From: Escherichia phage VEc33
Sequence record: NC_048818.1
Reading direction: 5' to 3' (one strand)
Length of the DNA stretch: 64,000 nucleotides
The position numbers were made by a program, and so were the translations under genes. Below are positions 1-7,633 of the stretch, piece after piece (position 1 is the first letter of the stretch; each line of letters begins with the position of its first letter). The notes beneath the pieces were generated by a model. That model searched no databases, was not told where the DNA came from, and saw nothing but the letters and a program-made list of their open reading frames with translations.

Positions 1-112
1 TCTAGAACCTCTCCCAAATCGTAGGGATCGTGCTTTTTGGCAGCCAGTCCTAGGTCGAGCTAATACCTTAGTGAACTAAGATGAGGATTTCTCCTCATCA
101 ATTTATATAAAT

Positions 113-141
113 ATTATAACAAGAAATTAAGCATTAAGCAA
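113..141 (-). promoter_or_regulatory. sigma70-type early promoter (RC: TTGCTT-17nt-TATAAT)
   Basis: Plus strand shows attata at 113-118 and aagcaa at 136-141; same motif recurs upstream of most minus-strand genes. Confidence 0.5.
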
Positions 142-247
142 CTGCGTTTTTGAAATTTCTTGGACTTGGTACTCGGTGATAGAATCTAACTATCGCTACC
201 GCCGTGTAAAGACGGGGTTCTCTCATTAAACTAACCGAGCAAAAATT

Positions 248-325
248 TGGTGGATTGCCTGGGATTCGAACCCAGAACTGACGGATTAAAGGTCCGCTAC
301 TCTTATCCAGTTGAGCTAGCAATCC
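248..325 (-). tRNA. tRNA, anticodon loop CCUUUAA (UUU, Lys-type)
   Basis: RC gives acceptor GGATTGC/GCAATCC, D-arm GCTC..GAGT, T-arm CTGGG-TTCGAAT-CCCAG, encoded CCA. Confidence 0.6.
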
Positions 326-789
326 AAATTCTCTACTAATAGTTTAAAAGCGTCTAACAGAGGTACTTCAAACCATTCTCCTGATACTTTGTAGTCTTTC
401 AGAAGATTATGTAATGCTTTTTCAGTTCTTCTCTTGTCCGAGGAGAATCTAAAATGGTATAACTTGTAATCACGATAGGGCGAATATGTTTGATAACTAG
501 ACAGTCTTTCATTTACGTCTACTGTCATACCTATCTTATAGAGTCCAGGCCACGCTGGGTTACCTATTACATATACAAACCCTTCTGTTATAGGGATTTT
601 ATGCTCCCTTTTATACTTCAGTAAGTTTAACGCTGCCATTCTATAACAGAACTTAAACTCTGAGGATTTTAGTTTACCTTCTTTACCGGATATTTCGTTA
701 TACTTCTCCATATACCTACGTATTAAGGAGTCAGTAATAGTAAAGTGCTTTGGAAGATCCAGGGCTTGAAGTACACGGTTAATAAGCAT
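316..789 (-). CDS. T5orf172-domain (GIY-YIG-like) protein, possible homing endonuclease
   Basis: ORF 157 aa; motif GFVYVIGNPAWPGLYKIGMT...RLSSYQTYSPY typical of T5orf172/GIY-YIG fold; embedded in tRNA array. Confidence 0.6.
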   Translation of the reverse strand: MLINRVLQALDLPKHFTITDSLIRRYMEKYNEISGKEGKLKSSEFKFCYRMAALNLLKYKREHKIPITEGFVYVIGNPAWPGLYKIGMTVDVNERLSSYQTYSPYRDYKLYHFRFSSDKRRTEKALHNLLKDYKVSGEWFEVPLLDAFKLLVENLDC

Positions 790-963
790 AAACTTCCTTA
801 ATAGAATGGACTTTTAAGTAAGAATGATTAATCCCAAACTCCGCCATTACTTCTTTTTCATCTTTTCCATAATGTGCAAGTAAGGATCTTGAGGTATTAT
901 TACCTAAACGTTTGTCGCTTACTACTAATCGAAATACTTTCATTTCGAAATCCTCTATTAAAA

Positions 964-1041
964 TGGAAGCGGGTGCAGGAATCGAACCTACCTCTTTCTA
1001 GCTTATGAGACTAGCGATCTCTACCAGAGATCTAACCCGCA
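964..1041 (-). tRNA. tRNA, anticodon CAU (Met or Ile2)
   Basis: RC: acceptor AGCGGGT/ACCCGCT, anticodon stem CTAGT/GCTAG with loop CTCATAA, T-arm AGGTTCGATTCCT, CCA encoded. Confidence 0.6.
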
Positions 1042-1047
1042 ATTGTT

Positions 1048-1125
1048 TGGTCTCCGTGGGAGGATTTGAACCCCCGACCCTATCGCCCCAAACGAAACGC
1101 TCTGGCCAAACTGAGCTACACGGAG
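1048..1125 (-). tRNA. tRNA-Pro (anticodon UGG)
   Basis: RC: acceptor CTCCGTG/CACGGAG, D-arm GCTC-AGTTTGGCCA-GAGC, loop TTTGGGG, T-arm GGGGG-TTCAAAT-CCTCC, CCA. Confidence 0.6.
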
Positions 1126-1129
1126 AATA

Positions 1130-1288
1130 TTATCTTTTTAACCACAGTAAAGATAAGCCTAGCATAGTGAATCCAGTACCTAATCCAATACATTTCTCTA
1201 TAAGAGTAAATGTATCTATGTTGAATGCTGTTATAACAATTGGGATACACCACAATAGCATAAAGACTTCGGCTATCTTATACTTCAT
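1130..1288 (-). CDS. small hydrophobic peptide (52 aa, predicted membrane), below the ORF-track size cutoff
   Basis: ATG at 1288 preceded by GAAGGAAAG RBS and by promoter 1322-1350; translation MKYKIAEVFMLLWCIPIVITAFNIDTFTLIEKCIGLGTGFTMLGLSLLWLKR. Confidence 0.3.
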   Translation of the reverse strand: MKYKIAEVFMLLWCIPIVITAFNIDTFTLIEKCIGLGTGFTMLGLSLLWLKR

Positions 1289-1321
1289 TTAGCTTTCCTT
1301 CTCTTCACTTTATAAGATATA

Positions 1322-1350
1322 TTATACAGAGAATTAAGTAAAATAGCAAA
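1322..1350 (-). promoter_or_regulatory. sigma70-type early promoter (RC: TTGCTA-17-TATAAT)
   Basis: attata 1322-1327 and tagcaa 1345-1350 on plus strand. Confidence 0.5.
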
Positions 1351-1496
1351 TGAATTTTTAATAAATTTACTTATTGTGTAGGCCACCTGGAGGCTACCAA
1401 CCCCACGGCTGACAAAGAAGTTTGCGAGACCTCTCTTAAAAGCCAGAATAGACCCGCCGGTCTATCGGAACCTACATAATAAGTAAACTTTATAGT

Positions 1497-1619
1497 GTCA
1501 TTCTAGGCAGGATTCGAACCTGCTATCACTTGTGCGGACTTACGAGAACCATTCTTTCACTCGAATCGAACGAGCTTCTGCCCTAGCCAAGCTGGTTTCC
1601 CCATCAACCACGCTAGAAT
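1497..1619 (-). ncRNA. atypical tRNA-like element (about 120 nt, two T-arm-like motifs)
   Basis: RC contains GCAGGTTCGAATCCTGC and TCGAGTTCGATTCGA T-arm-like motifs; termini CATTCTAG / CTAGAATG are complementary; too long for a canonical tRNA. Confidence 0.3.
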
Positions 1620-1741
1620 GTTAGATTGTTTTCAGTGCAAGAGTCCGAGTCTTGGACACGACCGCTTCGCAAGTACATAGGCAGCTTATCATGAGTCAGC
1701 ACTTCCGAATTGCTAGCTCCGTGTTCTGCACTGAAATTTTA

Positions 1742-2089
1742 TTAGTTTAACCGTAAAGTATTATCTACTTCACCATTAATTGTTCGGCATTCCTCTGGGA
1801 ATGCCGGGGTGGCTTTGTATTCCCACCACTCAGCACCATCATATTCCCCACGTTCTAGCCAAGTTCCATCGGCAAACCATACATTACCATAAAGTAATTG
1901 TCCACCGTATCCAGAATCATATTCAAAGTCTAGGTTATTAAGAAAATCCTCAATATCTTCTTCTGTATAACCTAAAGGTAATACCCAAACTTTTTTATCC
2001 CCATAATACCCAAATTCTATTTTAATACACTTAACTTCAGAATTAGTATTTTTTAAGGCAAGTAACAACTCTTCTTTGGCATTACGCAT
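1742..2089 (-). CDS. hypothetical protein
   Basis: 115 aa ORF in minus-strand early block; no recognisable motif. Confidence 0.5.
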   Translation of the reverse strand: MRNAKEELLLALKNTNSEVKCIKIEFGYYGDKKVWVLPLGYTEEDIEDFLNNLDFEYDSGYGGQLLYGNVWFADGTWLERGEYDGAEWWEYKATPAFPEECRTINGEVDNTLRLN

Positions 2090-2114
2090 AGTATATTCTC
2101 ATACTGAATTAATT

Positions 2115-2191
2115 TGGCGCGACCGATGGGATTTGAACCCACATTCTCTCCCGTGACAGGGGAGTACCATTACCAAGCCAGCCCCGGTCGC
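2115..2191 (-). tRNA. tRNA-Asp (anticodon GUC)
   Basis: RC: acceptor GCGACCG/CGGTCGC, anticodon stem CTCCC/GGGAG with loop CTGTCAC, T-arm GTGGG-TTCAAAT-CCCAT, CCA. Confidence 0.7.
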
Positions 2192-2200
2192 ATAATTTAT

Positions 2201-2386
2201 TTACTCAGCTTTGAGTTTTTCAATAGCTGCATTAAGTTCTTTAAGAAACTCTTTTCGTACATTAAGACGATTGAGACTTACTAGTATATCATGTTTAAGT
2301 TCTTCGATATATTTCTTCTCAACTTCAATATTGTTGATAGTGCTATCACGATGAACTTCTAGCTGCGCAATCACATTCTTGGACAT
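2201..2386 (-). CDS. hypothetical small coiled-coil protein
   Basis: 61 aa ORF; RBS GAGGAAATAAGT before ATG. Confidence 0.45.
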   Translation of the reverse strand: MSKNVIAQLEVHRDSTINNIEVEKKYIEELKHDILVSLNRLNVRKEFLKELNAAIEKLKAE

Positions 2387-2468
2387 ACTTATTTCCTCAG
2401 TTATTAATGAAAATGGTATCTGTGGCTGAATTCGATGTCAGCAATGATAGCTGGTTGGCTACCGGTTT

Positions 2469-2546
2469 ACTTAACTCTACACAGAATTTGGCGGTTCCTG
2501 CTGGATTCGAACCAGCAACCCTCAACTTAACAAGATGCCGCTCTAA
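2469..2546 (-). tRNA. tRNA, anticodon loop UUGUUAA (GUU, Asn-type)
   Basis: RC: acceptor GGTTCCT/AGGAACC, D-arm GCTC-TAATTGGTTA-GAGC, T-arm GCTGG-TTCGAAT-CCAGC, CCA; anticodon stem imperfect. Confidence 0.55.
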
Positions 2547-3061
2547 CCAATTAGAGCTAAGGAACCATATAAGTCAGAACTAGAGTTAATACGTTCTAGA
2601 TATTTACTAAGATCTCTAGAATTTATACTAAACCACTCATGCTCTTTTAAATCTTTGAAATACCGGTGAATTAGTTTTTCACCTTTTCGTTTGTCAAACC
2701 AAAAAGACCAGTGCTCTAACTTATAATCCCTATAAGGGGAATAAGTCTGATATTGAGCTAATCTCTCTTTTGGATTTTGACTCATACCTATTTTATACTG
2801 ATTTTTCCATGCAGGATTACTAATACAGTATACAAAACCTTCAGAAATAGGAAGTTTATTTTCCTGCTTAAACTTTATAAAGGAAAGTGCAGCAAGTTTT
2901 CTCGAATACATAGTATTCGTATTCTTTTTGGTATTACCATTGGTTCCTGAAAGATTTATATATTCTTCCATAAATCTTTGGATTAGTTCTGCGGTTATAT
3001 AGAAGGGCTCATTAGTAACAACGCCTTTCTTTACCAAACTATCAAAAACTTTTGTATGCAC
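2543..3061 (-). CDS. T5orf172-domain (GIY-YIG-like) protein, paralog of 316-789
   Basis: 172 aa; ISEGFVYCISNPAWKNQYKIGMSQNPKERLAQYQTYSPY aligns with the 316-789 product. Confidence 0.6.
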   Translation of the reverse strand: MHTKVFDSLVKKGVVTNEPFYITAELIQRFMEEYINLSGTNGNTKKNTNTMYSRKLAALSFIKFKQENKLPISEGFVYCISNPAWKNQYKIGMSQNPKERLAQYQTYSPYRDYKLEHWSFWFDKRKGEKLIHRYFKDLKEHEWFSINSRDLSKYLERINSSSDLYGSLALIG

Positions 3062-3082
3062 TACTTCTTTCCTTTAGCAAAT

Positions 3083-3158
3083 TGGACGACCGCATGAGAT
3101 TTGAACTCACATAAAAAGGATTTGCAATCCTTCGCCTAAGCCATTCAGCCAACGGTCG
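3083..3158 (-). tRNA. tRNA-Cys (anticodon GCA)
   Basis: RC: anticodon stem AAGGA/TCCTT with loop TTGCAAA; T-arm GTGAG-TTCAAAT-CTCAT; CCA encoded. Confidence 0.65.
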
Positions 3159-3206
3159 GTTTATCTTGTTCTGTCATGTTGCTTCTCCAGTTCAATTTAT
3201 GTAATT

Positions 3207-3236
3207 ATTATACAGAACTTTTGGAAACTAAGCAAC
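3207..3236 (-). promoter_or_regulatory. sigma70-type early promoter
   Basis: attata 3207-3212 and agcaac 3231-3236 on plus strand (RC GTTGCT-18-TATAAT). Confidence 0.45.
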
Positions 3237-3514
3237 TACATTTTTAAGAATTTGATGCCTTTCTTTTTCTTCTTATATTTCCACGTTAATGGATTCTGCC
3301 GATTGTGAACGCTTGAGATCTTCGTCTCGTCAAAGTTCTTCAATATCATGTAATCACAAGATAATTGTTCTAATGGAATGTGATCACCGTCAAAAGCATA
3401 TACATAAGGTTGTTGACTAGCACGATAATGATAGACTTTGTTAATTCTACGTTTTAGCGACTTATCAGCGCAGTAAATAAAGAAGTTTTCAGGATGCATC
3501 AGCATCTCCTTCAA
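3236..3514 (-). CDS. hypothetical protein
   Basis: 92 aa ORF. Confidence 0.45.
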   Translation of the reverse strand: MKEMLMHPENFFIYCADKSLKRRINKVYHYRASQQPYVYAFDGDHIPLEQLSCDYMILKNFDETKISSVHNRQNPLTWKYKKKKKGIKFLKM

Positions 3515-3516
3515 TT

Positions 3517-3592
3517 TGGTGCACCCTGTTCGTATCGAACGAACCTCTCAAGCTCTTCAGGCAAGCGCTAATCCATCTCAGCTAAAGGTGCA
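3517..3592 (-). tRNA. tRNA, anticodon loop CUGAAGA (GAA, Phe-type; low confidence)
   Basis: RC: acceptor GCACCTT/AGGGTGC, perfect T-arm GTTCG-TTCGATA-CGAAC, CCA; anticodon stem pairs poorly. Confidence 0.5.
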
Positions 3593-3597
3593 AATTT

Positions 3598-3676
3598 TGG
3601 CAAACCTACTAGGACTCGAACCTAGACCGTACGGTTTTAGAGACCGACATGCTGTCCAGTAACACTCTAGGAATGC
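3598..3676 (-). ncRNA. tRNA-like element with anticodon-type stem-loop CGGU-CUCUAAA-ACCG (anticodon position CUA)
   Basis: T-arm CTAGG-TTCGAGT-CCTAG and 3' CCA present, but no canonical acceptor pairing found by hand; either pseudo-tRNA or non-canonical tRNA. Confidence 0.35.
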
Positions 3677-3682
3677 AGAAAT

Positions 3683-3759
3683 TGGCGTCCTGTGCGGGGA
3701 TCGAACCCGCAAATCCTACCTTGAAAGGGTAGTGACTTTACCAGTTTGTCTAACAGGAC
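3683..3759 (-). tRNA. tRNA-Glu (anticodon UUC)
   Basis: RC: acceptor GTCCTGT/ACAGGAC, anticodon stem CTACC/GGTAG with loop CTTTCAA, T-arm GCGGG-TTCGATC-CCCGC, CCA. Confidence 0.7.
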
Positions 3760-3766
3760 TTAAATT

Positions 3767-3856
3767 TGGTGTTGGATGATGGAGTCGAACCACCCGAGAC
3801 CCTTCCGAGTCGGCAGATTTACAGTCTGCTTCGCTACCTCTACGATACTAATCCAA
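3767..3856 (-). tRNA. tRNA-Tyr (anticodon GUA), type II with long variable arm
   Basis: RC: acceptor GTTGGAT/ATCCAAC, anticodon stem GCAGA/TCTGC with loop CTGTAAA, long variable arm, T-arm GTGG-TTCGACT-CCAT, CCA. Confidence 0.7.
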
Positions 3857-3985
3857 CATATTTAAAAGTATTCAAATACTAGTTTAAACACTTTTAAATA
3901 TGTTTCCGAATTAGATAACTATTATATCAAGTTTTAAGGCACTGAGCAAGTCAAATTTTAAAGAACTTGCTCAGTGCTGTATTAG

Positions 3986-4261
3986 TTAGTCGAACTTAGG
4001 AGTGACAGTTAAGGAGAACGGAAGTTCGAAAACTTCTTCGCCCTCATTACTAACGGTAACTACACGACCTTTAAGTTCAGACATTAAAATATCAATATCA
4101 GCTTTTGCATCTGGAGCCATGCCAGCTTCAATACATTTAGCTTTAACTTCCGGTAAAAGCTCTACGTTATAGAGATAGAGCCACTCAATCTCACCTTCCC
4201 AGTCTTCCCAGGATTTGCAGATTGCACTTTCAATACCAGTTGCTACAACACGATTTTGCAT
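3986..4261 (-). CDS. hypothetical acidic protein
   Basis: 91 aa ORF, Glu/Asp-rich; promoter 4292-4320 upstream. Confidence 0.5.
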   Translation of the reverse strand: MQNRVVATGIESAICKSWEDWEGEIEWLYLYNVELLPEVKAKCIEAGMAPDAKADIDILMSELKGRVVTVSNEGEEVFELPFSLTVTPKFD

Positions 4262-4291
4262 TAATTAACTCCTCCATCAATTTATATAATT

Positions 4292-4320
4292 ATTATATCA
4301 GAAATTTAAGGCAAAAGGCA
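4292..4320 (-). promoter_or_regulatory. sigma70-type early promoter
   Basis: attata 4292-4297 on plus strand with -35-like element about 17 nt away. Confidence 0.4.
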
Positions 4321-4351
4321 AGTACATTTTTAAAAATTCTGTTTGGAGGAG

Positions 4352-4558
4352 CTAAACTCCAGATTCTTCAGCTAAGTCTAGGCTAATAAGAGTTATAGCC
4401 ATAATTGCTGCACCGTGTTCTTTTTCTCCGGTGTTTTTAGCAGAGTCTATAATAGTCTTAATCTGTTCGTAATAGCCCTTTACTTCTTGTTCAATACCTG
4501 CCTCGGCTATCATGCCTTTAGTCATGATTCGTTGCATAGTAATTTCACGGTTAGCCAT
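4352..4558 (-). CDS. hypothetical protein
   Basis: 68 aa ORF; start ATGGCTAA overlaps the stop of the upstream small ORF. Confidence 0.45.
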   Translation of the reverse strand: MANREITMQRIMTKGMIAEAGIEQEVKGYYEQIKTIIDSAKNTGEKEHGAAIMAITLISLDLAEESGV

Positions 4559-4720
4559 GATGTTTCTCCAATTTCATCTTTAATAGTCTACAAATAAAAT
4601 CAATGTCTTCATCCGTGCCTAGATCTCTATCTTCAAGAGTTGCCTTGAAGTTTTTAGTCAATTCCATGAGGATAACTTCTCTAGAACGACGTGTTGGCGG
4701 AGGTGGATGTCTATACATCT
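4553..4720 (-). CDS. small ORF (about 55 aa), below the ORF-track size cutoff
   Basis: ATG at 4720 after GGAAATAAG; translation MYRHPPPPTRRSREVILMELTKNFKATLEDRDLGTDEDIDFICRLLKMKLEKHHG; stop overlaps next start. Confidence 0.3.
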
Positions 4721-4733
4721 TATTTCCTTAATT

Positions 4734-4810
4734 TGGTAGGGGTGGTGGGATTCGAACCCACAAAACCTGAATTTTAAGTCCAGTACCTATGCCAATTCGA
4801 TTACACCCCC
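4734..4810 (-). tRNA. tRNA with anticodon loop CUUAAAA (UAA, reads UUA Leu) but short variable arm
   Basis: RC: acceptor GGGGGTG/CACCCCT, anticodon stem CTGGA/TTCAG, T-arm GTGGG-TTCGAAT-CCCAC, CCA; 77 nt, type-I architecture. Confidence 0.55.
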
Positions 4811-4817
4811 GTGTAGT

Positions 4818-5006
4818 TTAGTCAATTACTTTTGAGGCTTCAAGGTAGTCGATATAGTGTATGTTTTCTACCGTAATCATATAATCTGCCACTTTATCCA
4901 TAGCTTGGGCTTCAGAGGTAGCTCTGGCTAACCTATATCCTTTTTTATATTCATCCTGGTATTCTCTATCTTGGATAAACACAACATAAACTATATATAG
5001 ATCCAT
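4818..5006 (-). CDS. hypothetical protein
   Basis: 62 aa ORF. Confidence 0.4.
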   Translation of the reverse strand: MDLYIVYVVFIQDREYQDEYKKGYRLARATSEAQAMDKVADYMITVENIHYIDYLEASKVID

Positions 5007-5023
5007 TTGTTACCTCTATTTAA

Positions 5024-5101
5024 TTTGGTGGCTCCCCGAGGATTCGAACCTACGTACCTTCCGGTTATGAGCCGGGTGCTCATACCATATGAGCTTGAGA
5101 A
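5024..5101 (-). tRNA. tRNA-Met-type (anticodon CAU; loop CUCAUAA)
   Basis: RC: acceptor GGTTCTC/GGGAGCC (two G-U pairs), D-arm GCTC-ATATGGTAT-GAGC, anticodon stem CCGG/CCGG, TTCGAAT T-loop, CCA. Confidence 0.6.
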
Positions 5102-5107
5102 CCAAAA

Positions 5108-5197
5108 TCTGGCGGAAGAAGTGGGAATCGAATCCACAAGGCTATATTTCAAACCGACAGATTAGCAATCTGCTGCAATACCGTTATGCTATTCTTC
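5108..5197 (-). tRNA. tRNA-Ser (anticodon GCU), type II
   Basis: RC: acceptor GGAAGAA/TTCTTCC, anticodon stem GCAGA/TCTGT with loop TTGCTAA, long variable arm, T-arm GTGGA-TTCGATT-CCCAC, CCA. Confidence 0.65.
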
Positions 5198-5219
5198 CGA
5201 ATTTATAAGATATATTATA

Positions 5220-5738
5220 TTAGAAATTTAGCTTCATAGCAAGAAAATTTTTCAAGTTTTCGGTAGACATCTCATCTACGTCTACAGGAGAAACAAAGCC
5301 GTTTAATTTTCTAGCAAATTTTTCACCCGCAGGATCATTATCCCCGACAGCTACCAATTTAAAAGGTAATAATTTCAGTTGCTTTAATAACGCTTTTCCT
5401 GGAGAAGAACCCAACATTGCTAGGGCTGGATAACCAGCGTTATGTAACGCAACTGCCTTAAATACAGATTCAGCGATCAATACTACTTTTTCATCTCCAT
5501 TGAGAGTTTCTAGTCCCCATACACACTGGGTAGTAGAATAAGTAAAGTATTTAGCTTCAAAAGGGCACTTACCATGACCTTTTGGAGCAGAAGGATTATA
5601 AGTTTGGTAGCCCCTCAACATCCCAGAGAAATCATATAACGGGACTGTTAGCCATCCTTCCGGACTTAACCAGCAATGATATTTTTCTGTATCAAATCCT
5701 CTAGATAAGAGGTGCTGTGTTAGCTCATCAACATTCAT
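5220..5738 (-). CDS. Toprim-domain protein (primase/topoisomerase-like fold)
   Basis: 172 aa; conserved Glu in VVLIAESVF and DxD in VAVGDNDPAGEKF. Confidence 0.5.
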   Translation of the reverse strand: MNVDELTQHLLSRGFDTEKYHCWLSPEGWLTVPLYDFSGMLRGYQTYNPSAPKGHGKCPFEAKYFTYSTTQCVWGLETLNGDEKVVLIAESVFKAVALHNAGYPALAMLGSSPGKALLKQLKLLPFKLVAVGDNDPAGEKFARKLNGFVSPVDVDEMSTENLKNFLAMKLNF

Positions 5739-5770
5739 ACCTGGTTCCTCTCTCTCAAATTTATAGATAT

Positions 5771-5799
5771 ATTATACAGAGAATTTAGCATTCAAGCAA
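5771..5799 (-). promoter_or_regulatory. sigma70-type early promoter
   Basis: attata 5771-5776 and aagcaa 5794-5799 on plus strand. Confidence 0.5.
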
Positions 5800-5915
5800 T
5801 CAAATTTTTTAACTTTTTAGAGGAAAATCATAGGGCACTTAAGGGTAGCAGATAAGTGGTGAGGACCAAAATTTGTGACCCCACTAAAAATCCGGGGGCA
5901 ATTTTTAAAGACCCC

Positions 5916-5944
5916 TTGACATTTTCGCTGGGGTAGTGTAAAGT
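5916..5944 (+). promoter_or_regulatory. strong sigma70 promoter (TTGACA, extended -10 TGnTAAAGT) for the plus-strand cassette
   Basis: TTGACATTTTCGC box at 5916; same -35 context recurs at 21943 and 34125. Confidence 0.5.
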
Positions 5945-6006
5945 ATATGTTATGGATGAGTGATCAAAGAGACACACATTTTCTATATACTAGGAGGTGT
6001 CAAAAA

Positions 6007-6978
6007 ATGACAGAAGAAGTAGCTAAGAGTCCTGAAACCGTCGCTAGCGTAGCAGCAGAACTGCATCGTCACGAGGAATCAGATAAGAAAAAGTGGGAGA
6101 AGGTCAGAGCCTACGAAGAAAAACATCGTGTTCACGATGAAGAAGATGATGATGAACATTGTCATAAATATGGAAAACATAAAATGCAAGAACCAGTAAA
6201 CGTATTCACTAGTGGCTTCCCTGGCCTACTGGGTGGTTACCCAGCAAACGCAAGTGCTTTCGGTGGTGAAGGTATGGGACTATTCGGAGCTATCCTAATC
6301 GGTGCTCTATTAACAGGCGGATTTGGTGGTTTTGGTGGTTTTGGCCGTGGTGCTGGCGTTGCCGCTGAAGGGACTGCTGTGGACGCGATCCTTTCTAACC
6401 AAGATACTGCAAGTATTCTAGCTGCAATCAATACTACTCGTACAGAAGCTAACCAGGGCACTGGGGCTGTTCTAAGCGCAGTAAACGGTGTGGGAGCTGC
6501 TCAAGCTGCTAGCACTCAGCAAGTTCTGACTACTATCTACGGTACAGGTGCTAATCTGTCAAACCAGATCTGTGCTGAAACTCGTAACGTTATTCAGGGT
6601 CAGTTCGATCTTTCTCGTCAGATGGATCAATCTTTCGCTGCTAACCAGATCGCACGTGCTCAAGATAAATTTGACTCTGCTCAGATTGCTTTCCAGCAGT
6701 CTATTCAGACCAATAACCAGTTTGCCGCTGTTCAGGCTCAGATGTGTGCTAACCAGAATGCTATCGAACGTCAGCTTGCCGAATGTTGCTGTGAGCTTCA
6801 GACTGCAATCGCTGGTGTAACTACTGCACGTATCCAGGACGAACTGAATGAATGCCGTCTGCGTGAAGCAATCGCTGCAGGTAGCGGTGCTAACGGTCAG
6901 GTAATTAATCAAATCGCTGTAAGTCTTGGTGCTATCACTCAGACTCTGGCTGGTCTGCAGGCTAAACTGCCGGCTTAA
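6007..6978 (+). CDS. low-complexity protein: His/acidic N-terminus, Gly-rich hydrophobic segment, Ala/Gln/Asn-rich region with Cys cluster
   Basis: ATG 6007 after TAGGAGGTG RBS; GLFGAILIGALLTGGFGGFGGFG; ECCCEL; GC-richer, codon usage of a highly expressed gene; opposite strand to neighbours. Confidence 0.55.
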   Translation: MTEEVAKSPETVASVAAELHRHEESDKKKWEKVRAYEEKHRVHDEEDDDEHCHKYGKHKMQEPVNVFTSGFPGLLGGYPANASAFGGEGMGLFGAILIGALLTGGFGGFGGFGRGAGVAAEGTAVDAILSNQDTASILAAINTTRTEANQGTGAVLSAVNGVGAAQAASTQQVLTTIYGTGANLSNQICAETRNVIQGQFDLSRQMDQSFAANQIARAQDKFDSAQIAFQQSIQTNNQFAAVQAQMCANQNAIERQLAECCCELQTAIAGVTTARIQDELNECRLREAIAAGSGANGQVINQIAVSLGAITQTLAGLQAKLPA

Positions 6979-6999
6979 TATTAAGGGGAGGAGCCCATT

Positions 7000-7416
7000 A
7001 TGAGTAAATATGGTTTTGTAAATAACGGACTTAATCAAAGTATGGGCTCCCAGCAGCCCGTTCCGGGACTGGATAACCCTTACCTACAACAGTTGCAACA
7101 GCGTTTAGCAGAAGCGCAACAGATGCAGCAACAACTCCAGCAAAACCCTGGAAGTGTGAGTCCTATGCAAATGATGCAGCAAATGAGCGGGCAGTCGCAA
7201 ATGCCTCAACAAATGCAGCAACAGGTGCCTCAGCAGCAAGTTCAGCAGCAAACCCAACAACCGCAGGTTTCTGCGGAAGGACAGGCAGTACTAGCCCTTT
7301 TCGAAGACTTCGCAAAGACAGAGGATGGGAAGCAGCTTGTATCACTTATGGGTAAGTTTAATAGCTTCTGCCAAAGCCAAGTTGCAAAAGCTCAAAATGG
7401 TGGTAATAACTCCTAA
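7000..7416 (+). CDS. Gln/Met-rich low-complexity protein
   Basis: 138 aa; RBS AAGGGGAGGAG; QQMQQQLQQNPGSVSPMQMMQQMSGQSQMPQQMQQQ. Confidence 0.55.
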   Translation: MSKYGFVNNGLNQSMGSQQPVPGLDNPYLQQLQQRLAEAQQMQQQLQQNPGSVSPMQMMQQMSGQSQMPQQMQQQVPQQQVQQQTQQPQVSAEGQAVLALFEDFAKTEDGKQLVSLMGKFNSFCQSQVAKAQNGGNNS

Positions 7417-7425
7417 GGAGGAATT

Positions 7426-7620
7426 ATGTGTTGCAGAAAATCTGTTTCGTGCTGCCCAATGCCTGTAGCACGTTGTTGCTCTCCAGCAATGTTTACGCAA
7501 ATACCGGCGTTCAATCCGTTTGCCTTTAAGCCTACTCTTATCCTGCCCCCTAGAGTAGATTTTCAGTCAAGATTGGCCTCCCGTATGGGTGGTTGCTGTA
7601 ACAAGAGTATATGGTTCTAA
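7426..7620 (+). CDS. small Cys-rich protein (CC motifs)
   Basis: 64 aa; RBS AAGGAGG; MCCRKSVSCCPMPVARCCSP...GGCCNK; followed by terminator. Confidence 0.5.
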   Translation: MCCRKSVSCCPMPVARCCSPAMFTQIPAFNPFAFKPTLILPPRVDFQSRLASRMGGCCNKSIWF

Positions 7621-7633
7621 AGAACCAAACAAT

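Noticed and set aside
1005-1292. Plus-strand 95-aa ORF
   Set aside because: It overlaps two well-folded minus-strand tRNAs and has no RBS; a minus-strand small ORF (1130-1288) with RBS and promoter explains the region better.
6237-7038. Three ORFs (6237-6461 minus, 6548-6820 plus, 6559-7038 minus) overlapping the Gly/Gln-rich gene
   Set aside because: They are shadow frames produced by the biased composition of 6007-6978, with no RBS and low-complexity translations.
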